From an uncultured Pelagibacteraceae bacterium (GTDB lineage Bacteria; Pseudomonadota; Alphaproteobacteria; Pelagibacterales; Pelagibacteraceae): DNA of 64,000 nucleotides. Shown in pieces: positions 10,050-19,574 of the stretch. The stretch lies in contig CACJXT010000002.1 in assembly GCA_902597425.1 (NCBI GenBank), positions 309-64,308 of the forward strand. Reading direction: 5' to 3'. Made by a program: the position numbers and the translations under genes. Position 1 is the stretch's first letter. Each line of letters starts with the position of its first letter. The notes under the pieces are model-generated. The model was not told where the DNA came from. It did no database searches and saw only the letters and a list, made by a program, of their open reading frames with translations.

Positions 10050-10067
10050 TATAAAAAGTTTAATTTT

Positions 10068-11357
10068 TTAAGCTACCCAAAAACTCACTACACTCGCTAT
10101 AGCTATTACCCAAATCGCAGGGCTAGTACTATCGATTTTTCCTGTGCAGATTTTAATAGCCGCATAAGAAATAAATGCTAGTGCAATTCCATGAGAAATT
10201 GAATATGTAAATGGCATTGCTATCATAGCAAGTACAGCAGGTCCTGATTCTGCAATATCATCCCATTCAATATCTACAATGTTACGAACAAATAGAGTTG
10301 CAATATAAATCAAAGCAGCTCCATCTATTTCTTTTGGAAGACTTGTCGCTAATGGTGAAAAGAATAGACAAGCCAAGAATAAAACTCCTATAGTAAGAGA
10401 AGTCATTCCTGTTCGTCCACCAGCTTTTACTCCGGCTGCACTTTCAACATATGTAGTAACCGTTGAAGTACCCATTACGGCACCTGCAACAGTAGAAACG
10501 CTGTCTGAAAGCATAGCTTTATCAATGTCTTGGATTTTTCCATCTTTTCCAATTTTACCAGAGACATTCGCAACACTTGTTAAAGTTCCTGCAGTATCAA
10601 AAAAGTCAATGAAGAACAGAGTAAAAATTACTGTTACCATTGAAGCTGATAATGCAGCACCCAAGTCGAACGTCATCAAGTGTGTCATTGGTGGAGGAGC
10701 GGACATAACACCATTAAATTTACCTAGTCCAGTAATCCAAGCAATTGCACTAAAGGCAACAATTCCAATAATTATATTTCCTTTAATTTTCATTTTCTCC
10801 ATTACGATCATTGATATAAACGCACCAGCACCTAAAAGAAGTAAAGGATTACTCAAATCACCTAATGTGACAAGAGTGACTGGATGATCTGCAGTCAATC
10901 CCATAATTTCAAAACCAATTACTCCTAAAAATAAACCTATACCTGCCCCAATTCCAAGTTTTAAACTTTTTGGAATAGAGTTTATTAACCATGCTCTTAT
11001 AGGCGTTAATGAAATTATTAAGAAGACTACGCCGGCTACTAATACAGCACCAAGCGCTTCAGCTGGTGTATAGTTCATACCCAAACAAACACCATATGCA
11101 ATGAATGCGTTTATTCCCATTCCTGGTGCAAGGCCTACTGGCCAAGTTTTAGCGTAAAACGCAGCTATAAAACAAGCCAATGCAGTTGCAAGAGCTGTTG
11201 CTGTGAAAACTCCACCAAAATCAAACCCGCCATCAGCGAGTATTACAGGATTTAAGAACATGATGTATGCCATGGTAAGAAACGTCGATACCCCAGCAAC
11301 TACTTCCGTCTGAAAATCCGTTTTATGTTTTTTATAATCAAAGTATTTATCTAACAT
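10068..11357 (-). CDS. NCS2 permease, AzgA/PbuG-like (hypoxanthine/guanine/adenine)
   Basis: TFLTMAYI, APGMGINAF, DFFDTAGTL, TTYVESAAGV-AGGRTG, MPFTYSI; GGAGG SD upstream. Confidence 0.93.
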   Translation of the reverse strand: MLDKYFDYKKHKTDFQTEVVAGVSTFLTMAYIMFLNPVILADGGFDFGGVFTATALATALACFIAAFYAKTWPVGLAPGMGINAFIAYGVCLGMNYTPAEALGAVLVAGVVFLIISLTPIRAWLINSIPKSLKLGIGAGIGLFLGVIGFEIMGLTADHPVTLVTLGDLSNPLLLLGAGAFISMIVMEKMKIKGNIIIGIVAFSAIAWITGLGKFNGVMSAPPPMTHLMTFDLGAALSASMVTVIFTLFFIDFFDTAGTLTSVANVSGKIGKDGKIQDIDKAMLSDSVSTVAGAVMGTSTVTTYVESAAGVKAGGRTGMTSLTIGVLFLACLFFSPLATSLPKEIDGAALIYIATLFVRNIVDIEWDDIAESGPAVLAMIAMPFTYSISHGIALAFISYAAIKICTGKIDSTSPAIWVIAIASVVSFWVA

Positions 11358-11518
11358 TTGACCTCCAAGTTAATTGGAATTTATTTGATTCTATTGATAA
11401 AATCTCTTTAAATTTAAGAGTTATTAGTTTTTTCTCAATAAATTGAATTTTTTTTACAACTAGAAAGTTAATATTTGAAACTTTGATTAAATGATACAAT
11501 TTATTATCTAAATTATAA

Positions 11519-11821
11519 ATGAAATTTTTTTTAATAATAAATTTATTTGTTGTAGTAATTTTTATTTCAGGATGTCAAACAATTAAAAAAAAATCTGATA
11601 AAATTGTTGAAAAAGAGAATGCAAAATTAAGCCAATATATTGGAAAAACATCTGGTGAGTTACAGGCGAATCTTGGCAAAGCTGATGAAGATTTCAGAAA
11701 TGAAAAAGGAAACTTTGTGCTTATTTATAAAACAAAAAAATATGGAATTCCTTGTGAAAGAAAATTTGAAGTAGATTCTAAATCAATTGTAATTGGATTT
11801 GTTTCAAATGGTTGTTTTTAA
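11519..11821 (+). CDS. Small lipoprotein, unknown function
   Basis: Signal peptide with lipobox ISGC; TGATACAAT extended -10 upstream. Confidence 0.7.
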   Translation: MKFFLIINLFVVVIFISGCQTIKKKSDKIVEKENAKLSQYIGKTSGELQANLGKADEDFRNEKGNFVLIYKTKKYGIPCERKFEVDSKSIVIGFVSNGCF

Positions 11822-11939
11822 GCCAATTTTAGTTTTTTTGTAATTTCTAACTCATTTTATTCTGAATTATTTAATTTTAATGCTTTTAATTGAAAAAAAT
11901 TTTTAATAGGTTTGTTATTAAATTTAAAGAGGAGGAAAA

Positions 11940-13259
11940 ATGGCACGTAAAAAAGCTAAAACTTCTGGTGCTACTAACAAGAAGCTGCCACTGAATCAAT
12001 CTATACCGTTAGGTATTCAGCATGTGTTTGCAATGTTTGCTGGGAATATTACAGTTCCATTGATTGTTGCAGGTGTTTTTGGAGTAACAACTGGAGAAAA
12101 GATTTTTTTAATTCAAATGGCTTTGTTTGCTGCAGGTGTAGCAACAATAATACAAACTGTAGGTTATAAAAACATAGGTTCAAGACTTCCAATAATACAA
12201 GGTACAAGTTTTGCCTTTATTCCAATCATGTTGCCCTTTAAAGCTTTTGGCTTAGGAGCAATATTCACAGCTGCATTTATAGGGGGAATTTTTCAAATAT
12301 GGATTGGCAAAATGTTAAAACCAATTCGCCATATGTTTCCTCCATTAGTAACAGGAATAGTTGTATTAATGATTGGAATTAGTCTTCTTAAAGTTGGATT
12401 TAAGTATGCAGGCGGTGGAGTATGGTTGATGAATAATAAACCAGAAATATTTGCGAATTGGCATCATCTAACTATAGCTGGAACAGTTTTAATAGTTGCG
12501 CTTTTAACTAACCTTAGAGGAAGAGGAATGGTTTCTGCGGCTTCTATTCTAATTGGAATAATAGCTGGGTTCATAGTTGCGGCCATGCTAGGAGAAGTTA
12601 GATGGGAAAAGATAGCAGCAGCAGGATGGTTTGCATTTCCTATGCCACTACAATATGGAATAGATTTTGTTTGGGGTGCTGTAATACTGATGTTATTCAT
12701 GTCCATAGTTACAACCATTGAAACTATTGGAGACATTAGTGCAACAACGATGGGTGGAGCAAATAGAGAAGCTACTGATAAAGAACTTTCTGGCGGTATA
12801 ATGGCTGATGGAGTTGGAACAGCTTTTGCATCAATTTTTAATGCTATGCCAAACACTTCTTATTCTCAAAATGCAGGCTTAGTTGCCTTCACTGGAGTAA
12901 TTAGCAGACATGTTGGTACAGTTGCTGGTGTTATTTTAATTTTGTTAGGTTTATTTCCAAAACTTGGTGGAATTATTGCTGCAATGCCAGATTCAGTAAT
13001 TGGGGGAGCAGCTATTATCATGTTTGGATTAATTGCTGGAGCAGGAATCAAATTAATTTCAAAATCAGAAATGAGTCAAAGAAATGTTTTAATATTAGCT
13101 TTATCTCTATCTTTTGGAATAGGGTTATATGCATTTCCTGAGTTTGTTGCGCATGTACCAGATTTAGGAATTAAATTAGGACTATTGCTTACAACTGGTT
13201 TAATACCTGCAGGATTGTTGGCATTTATTTTAAACGCAACATTACCGAAAAAAAAATAG
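11940..13259 (+). CDS. NCS2/NAT uric acid/xanthine permease
   Basis: GIQHVFAMF, LPIIQGTSFAF, ETIGD, NAT motif SYSQNAGLVAFTG; GGAGG SD. Confidence 0.93.
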   Translation: MARKKAKTSGATNKKLPLNQSIPLGIQHVFAMFAGNITVPLIVAGVFGVTTGEKIFLIQMALFAAGVATIIQTVGYKNIGSRLPIIQGTSFAFIPIMLPFKAFGLGAIFTAAFIGGIFQIWIGKMLKPIRHMFPPLVTGIVVLMIGISLLKVGFKYAGGGVWLMNNKPEIFANWHHLTIAGTVLIVALLTNLRGRGMVSAASILIGIIAGFIVAAMLGEVRWEKIAAAGWFAFPMPLQYGIDFVWGAVILMLFMSIVTTIETIGDISATTMGGANREATDKELSGGIMADGVGTAFASIFNAMPNTSYSQNAGLVAFTGVISRHVGTVAGVILILLGLFPKLGGIIAAMPDSVIGGAAIIMFGLIAGAGIKLISKSEMSQRNVLILALSLSFGIGLYAFPEFVAHVPDLGIKLGLLLTTGLIPAGLLAFILNATLPKKK

Positions 13260-13270
13260 ATATTTTTAAA

Positions 13271-13297
13271 ACTTGTGGGGACTTTGTCCCCACAAGT
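13271..13297. terminator. Intrinsic terminator hairpin between the permease and Hsp20
   Basis: Perfect 12-bp stem ACTTGTGGGGAC-TTT-GTCCCCACAAGT; T run follows on the minus strand. Confidence 0.8.
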
Positions 13298-13308
13298 AAG
13301 GTTGACAC

Positions 13309-13755
13309 TTATTTAATTTCAATAAGTTTTTTCTTTTTATATTCTGGTACAATTCTTTCACAAGCTATTGTCAAAAGACCATCTTTTAGCTCTGCACCAC
13401 CTACCTTTACATCGTCTGCAATTGTAAATGATCTAGCAAATTGTCTTTGAGAAATACCCTTATGAATGATTTCACCATCTTCGTTTTTATTTTCAGATTT
13501 ATTAACTTGTTTTGTTCTAACAGTTAATAAATTGTCTTCAAATTCAACTTCAACATCTTTCTTGTTAAAACCAGCAAGAGCAATCTCAATTGAGTATTTG
13601 TCTTTTCCAGTTTTTCTTATGTTGTATGGTGGATAATTTGATTGCATACTCAAACCTCCATTTCCCAACATACTTTCAAATTGGTCAAACATATCGTCAA
13701 AACCAACCGAAAAAGGTCTTAATGAGTTGAATATAGATAGATCCTTACTTGTCAT
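13309..13755 (-). CDS. ibpA: Small heat shock protein Hsp20 (IbpA-like)
   Basis: SVGFD, NYPPYNI, ALAGF, HKGISQRQFARSF, LKDGLL; AGGAGG SD at 13761-13766 supports ATG at 13755. Confidence 0.93.
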   Translation of the reverse strand: MTSKDLSIFNSLRPFSVGFDDMFDQFESMLGNGGLSMQSNYPPYNIRKTGKDKYSIEIALAGFNKKDVEVEFEDNLLTVRTKQVNKSENKNEDGEIIHKGISQRQFARSFTIADDVKVGGAELKDGLLTIACERIVPEYKKKKLIEIK

Positions 13756-13756
13756 T

Positions 13757-13810
13757 ATATCCTCCTTTGTTAGCAAGGTTACTTATGGAAAGCCCCATTA
13801 GGCGACTTTC
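13757..13810 (-). promoter_or_regulatory. ROSE-type RNA thermometer in the Hsp20 5' UTR
   Basis: Sense strand CCUUGCU-AACAA-AGGAGG: UUGCU pairs with the SD leaving a bulged G; upstream hairpin GAAAG..CUUUC. Confidence 0.75.
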
Positions 13811-13817
13811 AAAGTTT

Positions 13818-13844
13818 ATATAGGTTTAAAATTTATAATTTCAA
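13818..13844 (-). promoter_or_regulatory. sigma32 (RpoH) promoter of Hsp20
   Basis: TTGAA-N15-CCTATAT on the minus strand, matching the alphaproteobacterial RpoH consensus. Confidence 0.8.
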
Positions 13845-13854
13845 TATGATAAAC

Positions 13855-15930
13855 TTAATTTTTTTTGCAAATTTTTAATGCAAAAGCATAATCTATAGCT
13901 ATCTCTTCAATTGCGCCATCTCTTCCAGATTTTCCACCATGACCAGCATTCATTTCTGTTTTTAAAAGCAAAAGATTGTTATCTGTTTTGTAATCTCTTA
14001 ATTTTGCAGTAAATTTTGCGGGCTCATCAAACAAAACTCTATTATCACTTAAGCTAGTAGTAATAAGCATATGAGGATAATCCATTTTTTTAATATTGTT
14101 ATAAGGTGCATATGAAAAAATATATTTAAAATGTTCTTTATTTTCTTTAGCATTTCCAAACTCATCAAATTCTCCAACTGTTAAAGGTAAAGAATGATCT
14201 AAATTAGTTGTTAATGAATCTACGAAAGGAACTGCCATAATTATTCCTAGAAATAATTCTGGAGCTTGATTTACAACTGCTCCCATAAGCAAACCGCCTG
14301 CTGAACCACCCATACCTATGATTTTTTTTTCTGAAGTATATTTTTTTTTTATTAAAAATTTTCCAACAGCAATATAATCTTCGAAAGTATTTTTTTTGTT
14401 TAATAGTTTCCCTTCTTTCCACCATTTCATACCTTTTTCCATACCACCTCTGATATGAGCAGTTACCCAAATTATATCTCTATTTATTAAACTTAATCTA
14501 GTAGATGAAAAGCCAGGACTCATTGAGCTTCCATAGGAACCATACCCATATAGCAATAAATTAGCAGATCCATCAGTTTTAGTTTTTTTATGCCTAGTAA
14601 TTGTTATTGGAATTAACCTTCCATCATGAGACTTACATTCTAATCGTTCCACAATATAATCTTCTGGATTATGTCCTGAAGGTATTTCTTGTTCTTTAAC
14701 AAGTTTTTTTTCTTTAGTTTTTAAATTATACAAATAAGTTCTTGATTGAGTTTTCGGCGACGAGTAACCTAAATATAATTGATCAGTATTTTTATCTCTC
14801 TGCATTAAAGAAACTCCAGGAACAATTACTTTTTCGTCAGCAAATTTAATTTCTTCCTCCATATTGGTCTTTACATTTCTTACAAAAATTTTTCCTAGAG
14901 CATTTGAAGTTTCAGATCTAATGATCCAGTCATTTAAAAAAATTAGTCCTCCTATTAGAACTTCATCTTTAGCTGCAATATAAGTTTTCCATTTTTGATT
15001 AGATAAATCTTTGCATGTTTCAATTTTAAAATCTTCAGCATCTTCATTTGTGTGATTATAAAAATTTCCATTCCAAGAACTAACAGAGTAAATTATTCCC
15101 TTTTTTCTTTTTTTTATTAATTTTGGTTTTGGATTTTCTTCATCTACTGAAAAATAATACTGTTCTGAAGTATTATGGTCTGAACTAATAATAAAATAAT
15201 ATTTTTCATCAGAACTTAAACCAATACTAACTGTAAAGGCCTCACTTTTTTCCTCAAAAATCAAAGTATCTTCTTTAACAGTCGTACCTATCTTGTGTTT
15301 AAATATTTTTCTTGGTCTGTGATGTTCATCTAATTTTGAGTAATAAATAAATTTATTGTCTAAGCTAAAAGTAACTCCTCCACTAGTTTCTTCAATTTTC
15401 TCTGTTATTAACTTTTCAGATTCAATATCCCTTATATAAATAGTATAATATTCTGATCCTTTTAAATCTAATGAATATCCTAAATATTTATCATTCCAAC
15501 TTACTTCTAAATCACCCACTCCAAAGTATTCTACATTTAACTTTTCTTTTTCTTTATCACCATTCCATATTTCTTCTACTTTACTTGAACCAATTTTTTT
15601 TCTTAATTTAATTGAATAGTTGCCTTTGGTAGTTGTTTTAGTCCAATATTCATAATTATAATCTTTAAAGGGTAGAGACTCATCATCCAGTTTAATTCTT
15701 CCTTTGATTTCTTTAAATAGCTCTTTTTGTAATTTTTTTGTGTCCTTTAAATTATATTCAGCATAAGCATTTTCTTCTTCTAGGTATTTTTTGACCTCAG
15801 GCATAAGTTTAGATCCATCTTTTAGCACTTCAAGAATGTTTTTTTGATGTATCCAACTATAATTGTCTTTCCATTTTATATCGTGACAAGATTTTATCTC
15901 TGGTTTTTTCTCTAGCTGTGGTATTTTCAT
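13855..15930 (-). CDS. ptrB: Oligopeptidase B (S9A)
   Basis: YGYGSYG, HIRGG, GGSAGG nucleophile, VPFVD, DNRV, AGHGG. Confidence 0.95.
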   Translation of the reverse strand: MKIPQLEKKPEIKSCHDIKWKDNYSWIHQKNILEVLKDGSKLMPEVKKYLEEENAYAEYNLKDTKKLQKELFKEIKGRIKLDDESLPFKDYNYEYWTKTTTKGNYSIKLRKKIGSSKVEEIWNGDKEKEKLNVEYFGVGDLEVSWNDKYLGYSLDLKGSEYYTIYIRDIESEKLITEKIEETSGGVTFSLDNKFIYYSKLDEHHRPRKIFKHKIGTTVKEDTLIFEEKSEAFTVSIGLSSDEKYYFIISSDHNTSEQYYFSVDEENPKPKLIKKRKKGIIYSVSSWNGNFYNHTNEDAEDFKIETCKDLSNQKWKTYIAAKDEVLIGGLIFLNDWIIRSETSNALGKIFVRNVKTNMEEEIKFADEKVIVPGVSLMQRDKNTDQLYLGYSSPKTQSRTYLYNLKTKEKKLVKEQEIPSGHNPEDYIVERLECKSHDGRLIPITITRHKKTKTDGSANLLLYGYGSYGSSMSPGFSSTRLSLINRDIIWVTAHIRGGMEKGMKWWKEGKLLNKKNTFEDYIAVGKFLIKKKYTSEKKIIGMGGSAGGLLMGAVVNQAPELFLGIIMAVPFVDSLTTNLDHSLPLTVGEFDEFGNAKENKEHFKYIFSYAPYNNIKKMDYPHMLITTSLSDNRVLFDEPAKFTAKLRDYKTDNNLLLLKTEMNAGHGGKSGRDGAIEEIAIDYAFALKICKKN

Positions 15931-15948
15931 ATAGTTATAATTTAATAC

Positions 15949-16458
15949 ATGAATTTTTTTTTCTTAACACTAATTATTTTTGTCATAGTTTATTTGTTTC
16001 TAAATTGGTTTGCCAAAACATCCAGTAAAAAAATTTCAAAAGGAATTAGAATATTAACTATAGTTCTATCGGCAATTTTAGCAATAATTATGGTATACGC
16101 TGGAAGATTTCTATTTTCTTTACCATTTGTATTAATGATATTACCGCTAATAAAAACTAAAGCTGGTCTATCTCTATTTCAACTTTTTAGAATTTGGAGT
16201 TTGATAAGAATATTAAAAAATTCTGGAAGATTTAATTTTAATAATATGAATCAAAACTTAAATAAACAAAGTATTTCAATAGAGGAAGCTTACAAAATAT
16301 TAAACTTAGATCCAAAAAAAAAATATACAAAAGACGAAGTTTTAATTTCTTATAAAAAAATAATGAAAAAAATACATCCCGACATAAGTCCAGAACTTAC
16401 TAGACTTGCATCAATTGTTAATGAAGCTAAAGAAGTTATTTTAAAAAGTCTTAATTAA
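15949..16458 (+). CDS. Membrane-anchored DnaJ-domain protein
   Basis: N-terminal TM helices; C-terminal J domain EAYKIL...HPD...VNEAK. Confidence 0.85.
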   Translation: MNFFFLTLIIFVIVYLFLNWFAKTSSKKISKGIRILTIVLSAILAIIMVYAGRFLFSLPFVLMILPLIKTKAGLSLFQLFRIWSLIRILKNSGRFNFNNMNQNLNKQSISIEEAYKILNLDPKKKYTKDEVLISYKKIMKKIHPDISPELTRLASIVNEAKEVILKSLN

Positions 16459-17419
16459 ATAAAATTTTTTTAAATTTTTCAAAAATTTTATCGGGGTTTA
16501 TTTTATTTTTACCTAGCGTATCATGAGTTACAGAAAGTTCACCATCTGGAATAATAGGGTGCATACTAGGACTGTAGTTACCATAGAGCATAGGTGTGTC
16601 AGCCATCAACACAATTGTTTGTATTCCAACTGCGGCAGATAAATGGCTAAAGCTTGAGTCATTGCATACAGAAACTTTGCAATTATTTATAATTGGCAAT
16701 ATGTCAATTAGATCTAATTTGTCTAGTGCAATACATTTATTATTAAACTCTGATTGTAATATTTCATTTAAAATTTTTTGTTCTTCTTCTTTTTTTCCTG
16801 TCGCTAAAAAAAATCTACAATCATAATTTGTAGAACAAAGTTTCATGAATTTAAGAAATATTTTTGCAGGAATTCTTTTTGTATGCCCAGATCCACCAAT
16901 ACCCAATAAAATATTAGTTTGATTATCTAAAATTTTATATTTTGATTTAGCAATTTGACATTTTTTAATATCAATTGAAATTTTAGGATTACTTAATACG
17001 TTTAGATTTAATTGTTTTTTTAAAAAATTTTGTGCAGTTTGAATAATATGTTGTTTTTTTTTTTTAAATAATGGATATTGATATATATTTTTTATTCCAG
17101 CCAACTTCGAAATTAAATTATATCTTATTGAAGAATTAAAAATAAATACCTTTTCAAAATTATGTTTTTTTAATTCTTCAATCAATTTGAACGATCCTCT
17201 CAAACCATCATGTTTTCCATTTCTATCTTTGTTGTCTCGATCTAAAATTATAATTTCACTTATATTTTTGTTATTATTTAAAAATTGCGATGCTTTTGAA
17301 TTCTCTTTTGCAAGAATACTAACTGGGGCATTAAATTTTTTTGCTATAGCTTCGATAAATGGTAAAAAAATTACCATATCTCCAATACCCTTCCTATTTT
17401 GAATAGTTAAAATTTTCAT
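16451..17419 (-). CDS. GT9 glycosyltransferase (heptosyltransferase-like)
   Basis: GIGDMV-FLP, CNDSSFSHLSAAVG. Confidence 0.88.
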   Translation of the reverse strand: MKILTIQNRKGIGDMVIFLPFIEAIAKKFNAPVSILAKENSKASQFLNNNKNISEIIILDRDNKDRNGKHDGLRGSFKLIEELKKHNFEKVFIFNSSIRYNLISKLAGIKNIYQYPLFKKKKQHIIQTAQNFLKKQLNLNVLSNPKISIDIKKCQIAKSKYKILDNQTNILLGIGGSGHTKRIPAKIFLKFMKLCSTNYDCRFFLATGKKEEEQKILNEILQSEFNNKCIALDKLDLIDILPIINNCKVSVCNDSSFSHLSAAVGIQTIVLMADTPMLYGNYSPSMHPIIPDGELSVTHDTLGKNKINPDKIFEKFKKILFN

Positions 17420-17468
17420 TAATGCTTTATAATCTTTACTAAATTTTTTTTTTATATAAATTTTGTTT

Positions 17469-18353
17469 ATGAGTGAAATTAAAGGCATTTATGCGGCTTC
17501 ATTATCGATTTTAGATGAAAATTTGGCATTAAATATTGATAAAACTATCAATCATGCTGAAAATTTAATTGATCAAGGTTGTCATGGAGTTGTAATTTTT
17601 GGAAGTACTGGACAAGCACAATTAATATCAGTTAGTGAGAAAATTCAATTAATCAACAAATTGGTAAATAGCAAATACAGAAATAAATATATAATAGGTA
17701 CCGGTTTAAATTCTTTAAGTGAGACGATTAATTTTATGAAAATATCAGTTTCATTAAATTTTAAAAAATTTTTAATTATGCCACCAGCATATTATAAGTA
17801 TGGTGATAATGAAGTAATTAGTTATTATAAAAAAATTATCGAACAAGTATCAGAATGTAAAATAATTTTGTATAATTTTGAAAAATTATGTGGTTATAAA
17901 TTTAGCATTAGTTGCATTGAACAACTGGTAAAAAATTTTCCACAACAAATTATTGGCGTAAAAGATAGTTCATATAATTTATTTGAGAATATAAAAATAA
18001 AAAATTTTTCAGTTTTTCCTGGATCTGAAGAAAAATTACTTAAAGGTTTAAAATTAGGTTGTTCTGGCATAATAACAGCAACTTGTAATGTAACAGCTTC
18101 GTTAGCAAGAAAAGTTTATGAAGACTTTAAAAATAATAAAGAACAAACCCACAATGAAAAACTTTGTGCAGTAAGAAAGACATTCGAAGAATTTAATTTA
18201 ATTTCAGGGCTACATACTTTTCTTGCTCAAAAAGAAAAAAAATTTAAAAATATATTGCCCACTTTAAGTCTTTTAAATGAAAATGATAAAAAAAAATTAT
18301 TTGAAAATTTAAATAAATTAAATTTTATTTTAACCAAATCGAAAGCAGCTTAA
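17469..18353 (+). CDS. Dihydrodipicolinate synthase/N-acetylneuraminate lyase family protein
   Basis: GSTGQ, PPAYY, LYN, Schiff-base Lys in GVKDSS. Confidence 0.88.
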   Translation: MSEIKGIYAASLSILDENLALNIDKTINHAENLIDQGCHGVVIFGSTGQAQLISVSEKIQLINKLVNSKYRNKYIIGTGLNSLSETINFMKISVSLNFKKFLIMPPAYYKYGDNEVISYYKKIIEQVSECKIILYNFEKLCGYKFSISCIEQLVKNFPQQIIGVKDSSYNLFENIKIKNFSVFPGSEEKLLKGLKLGCSGIITATCNVTASLARKVYEDFKNNKEQTHNEKLCAVRKTFEEFNLISGLHTFLAQKEKKFKNILPTLSLLNENDKKKLFENLNKLNFILTKSKAA

Positions 18354-19541
18354 ATGTATTTAGCAAGATTTTTAAATGAATTAATAAAAGAAGATGGTTT
18401 TTTATTAATTGATGCAAATTCAAAAAAGTATTTAATAGGAAAACCAAAAAAAAAAATTCCACTCTCAATAAAATTATTAGATAAAAAACTTCATTATAAA
18501 TTATTATTTTATCCTGATTTGTATTTTGGCGAAGCATATTCAAATGGAACTGTTAAAATTGAAAATGGAAATTTGACAGAATTTTTGGAAATTGCCTTAA
18601 AAAATATAGGAAGAAAAAAAACAAATAATATTGCAGATTTTTTAAATAAATTAAGAGGAACTTACAGATTAATTACAAATTTTAACTTTGTTAAAAAATC
18701 AAAAATAAATGTGGCACATCATTATGATCTTTCAGATAATCTTTATGATTTATTTTTAGATCCGAAAAGGCAATATTCATGTGCTTACTTTAAAAATGAG
18801 AACGATACATTAGAAGTTGCTCAAAATAATAAAATAAACCACATAATCAAAAAACTTAATTTAAAACCAAACCAAAAAGTTTTAGATATTGGTAGCGGGT
18901 GGGGTGCACTGGCAATTGAAATTGCTCAAAAATCTAAGTGTGAAGTAATTGGTATTACATTGTCTGAAAATCAATTAGAATATAGTAAGAAAAAAGTAAG
19001 AGAATTTAATTTAGAAAATCAAGTACAATTCAAATTAATTGATTACCGCCAGCTAAATGAAAAATTTGATAGAATTGTAAGTGTAGGAATGTTTGAACAT
19101 GTGGGTAGAAAATTCTATCAAACTTATTTTAACTCAGTTAGAAATTTACTAAATGATAACGGTGTTGCCTTAATTCATACTATTGGCTCGATAAATCCCC
19201 CTAGAAATCCTCATCCATGGATTACTAAATATATTTTTCCAGGAGGTTATACCCCTAGTTTAAGTGAAGTTGTGGATCCTATTGAAAAATCAGGCCTTAT
19301 AATCACTGATATGGAGATACTTCAAATGCATTATGCACATACACTTAGACATTGGAAAGAGAGATTTTTAAGCAAAAAACATAAAGTATTAGAAATATTT
19401 GACGAAAAATTTTTCAGAATGTGGGAATTTTATTTAGCTGGATGTGAGATGGCTTTTAAATGGAGTGATCAGGTTGTATTTCAAATTCAGTTGACCAAAA
19501 ACTTAGCTTCAGTGCCAATTACAAGAGACTATATTTATTAA
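18354..19541 (+). CDS. cfa: Cyclopropane-fatty-acyl-phospholipid synthase family methyltransferase
   Basis: HHYD, QYSCAYF, VLDIGSGWG, SVGMFEHVG, YIFPGG, RMWEFYL. Confidence 0.92.
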   Translation: MYLARFLNELIKEDGFLLIDANSKKYLIGKPKKKIPLSIKLLDKKLHYKLLFYPDLYFGEAYSNGTVKIENGNLTEFLEIALKNIGRKKTNNIADFLNKLRGTYRLITNFNFVKKSKINVAHHYDLSDNLYDLFLDPKRQYSCAYFKNENDTLEVAQNNKINHIIKKLNLKPNQKVLDIGSGWGALAIEIAQKSKCEVIGITLSENQLEYSKKKVREFNLENQVQFKLIDYRQLNEKFDRIVSVGMFEHVGRKFYQTYFNSVRNLLNDNGVALIHTIGSINPPRNPHPWITKYIFPGGYTPSLSEVVDPIEKSGLIITDMEILQMHYAHTLRHWKERFLSKKHKVLEIFDEKFFRMWEFYLAGCEMAFKWSDQVVFQIQLTKNLASVPITRDYIY

Positions 19542-19574
19542 GTATTTATTGATAGATCAGAATTTAATTGTTTT

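Noticed and set aside
17055-17065. Long homopolymer tracts (e.g. T11 in the GT9 gene) as phase-variation sites
   Set aside because: A/T runs are ubiquitous in this Lys-rich, AT-rich genome and the frames are intact
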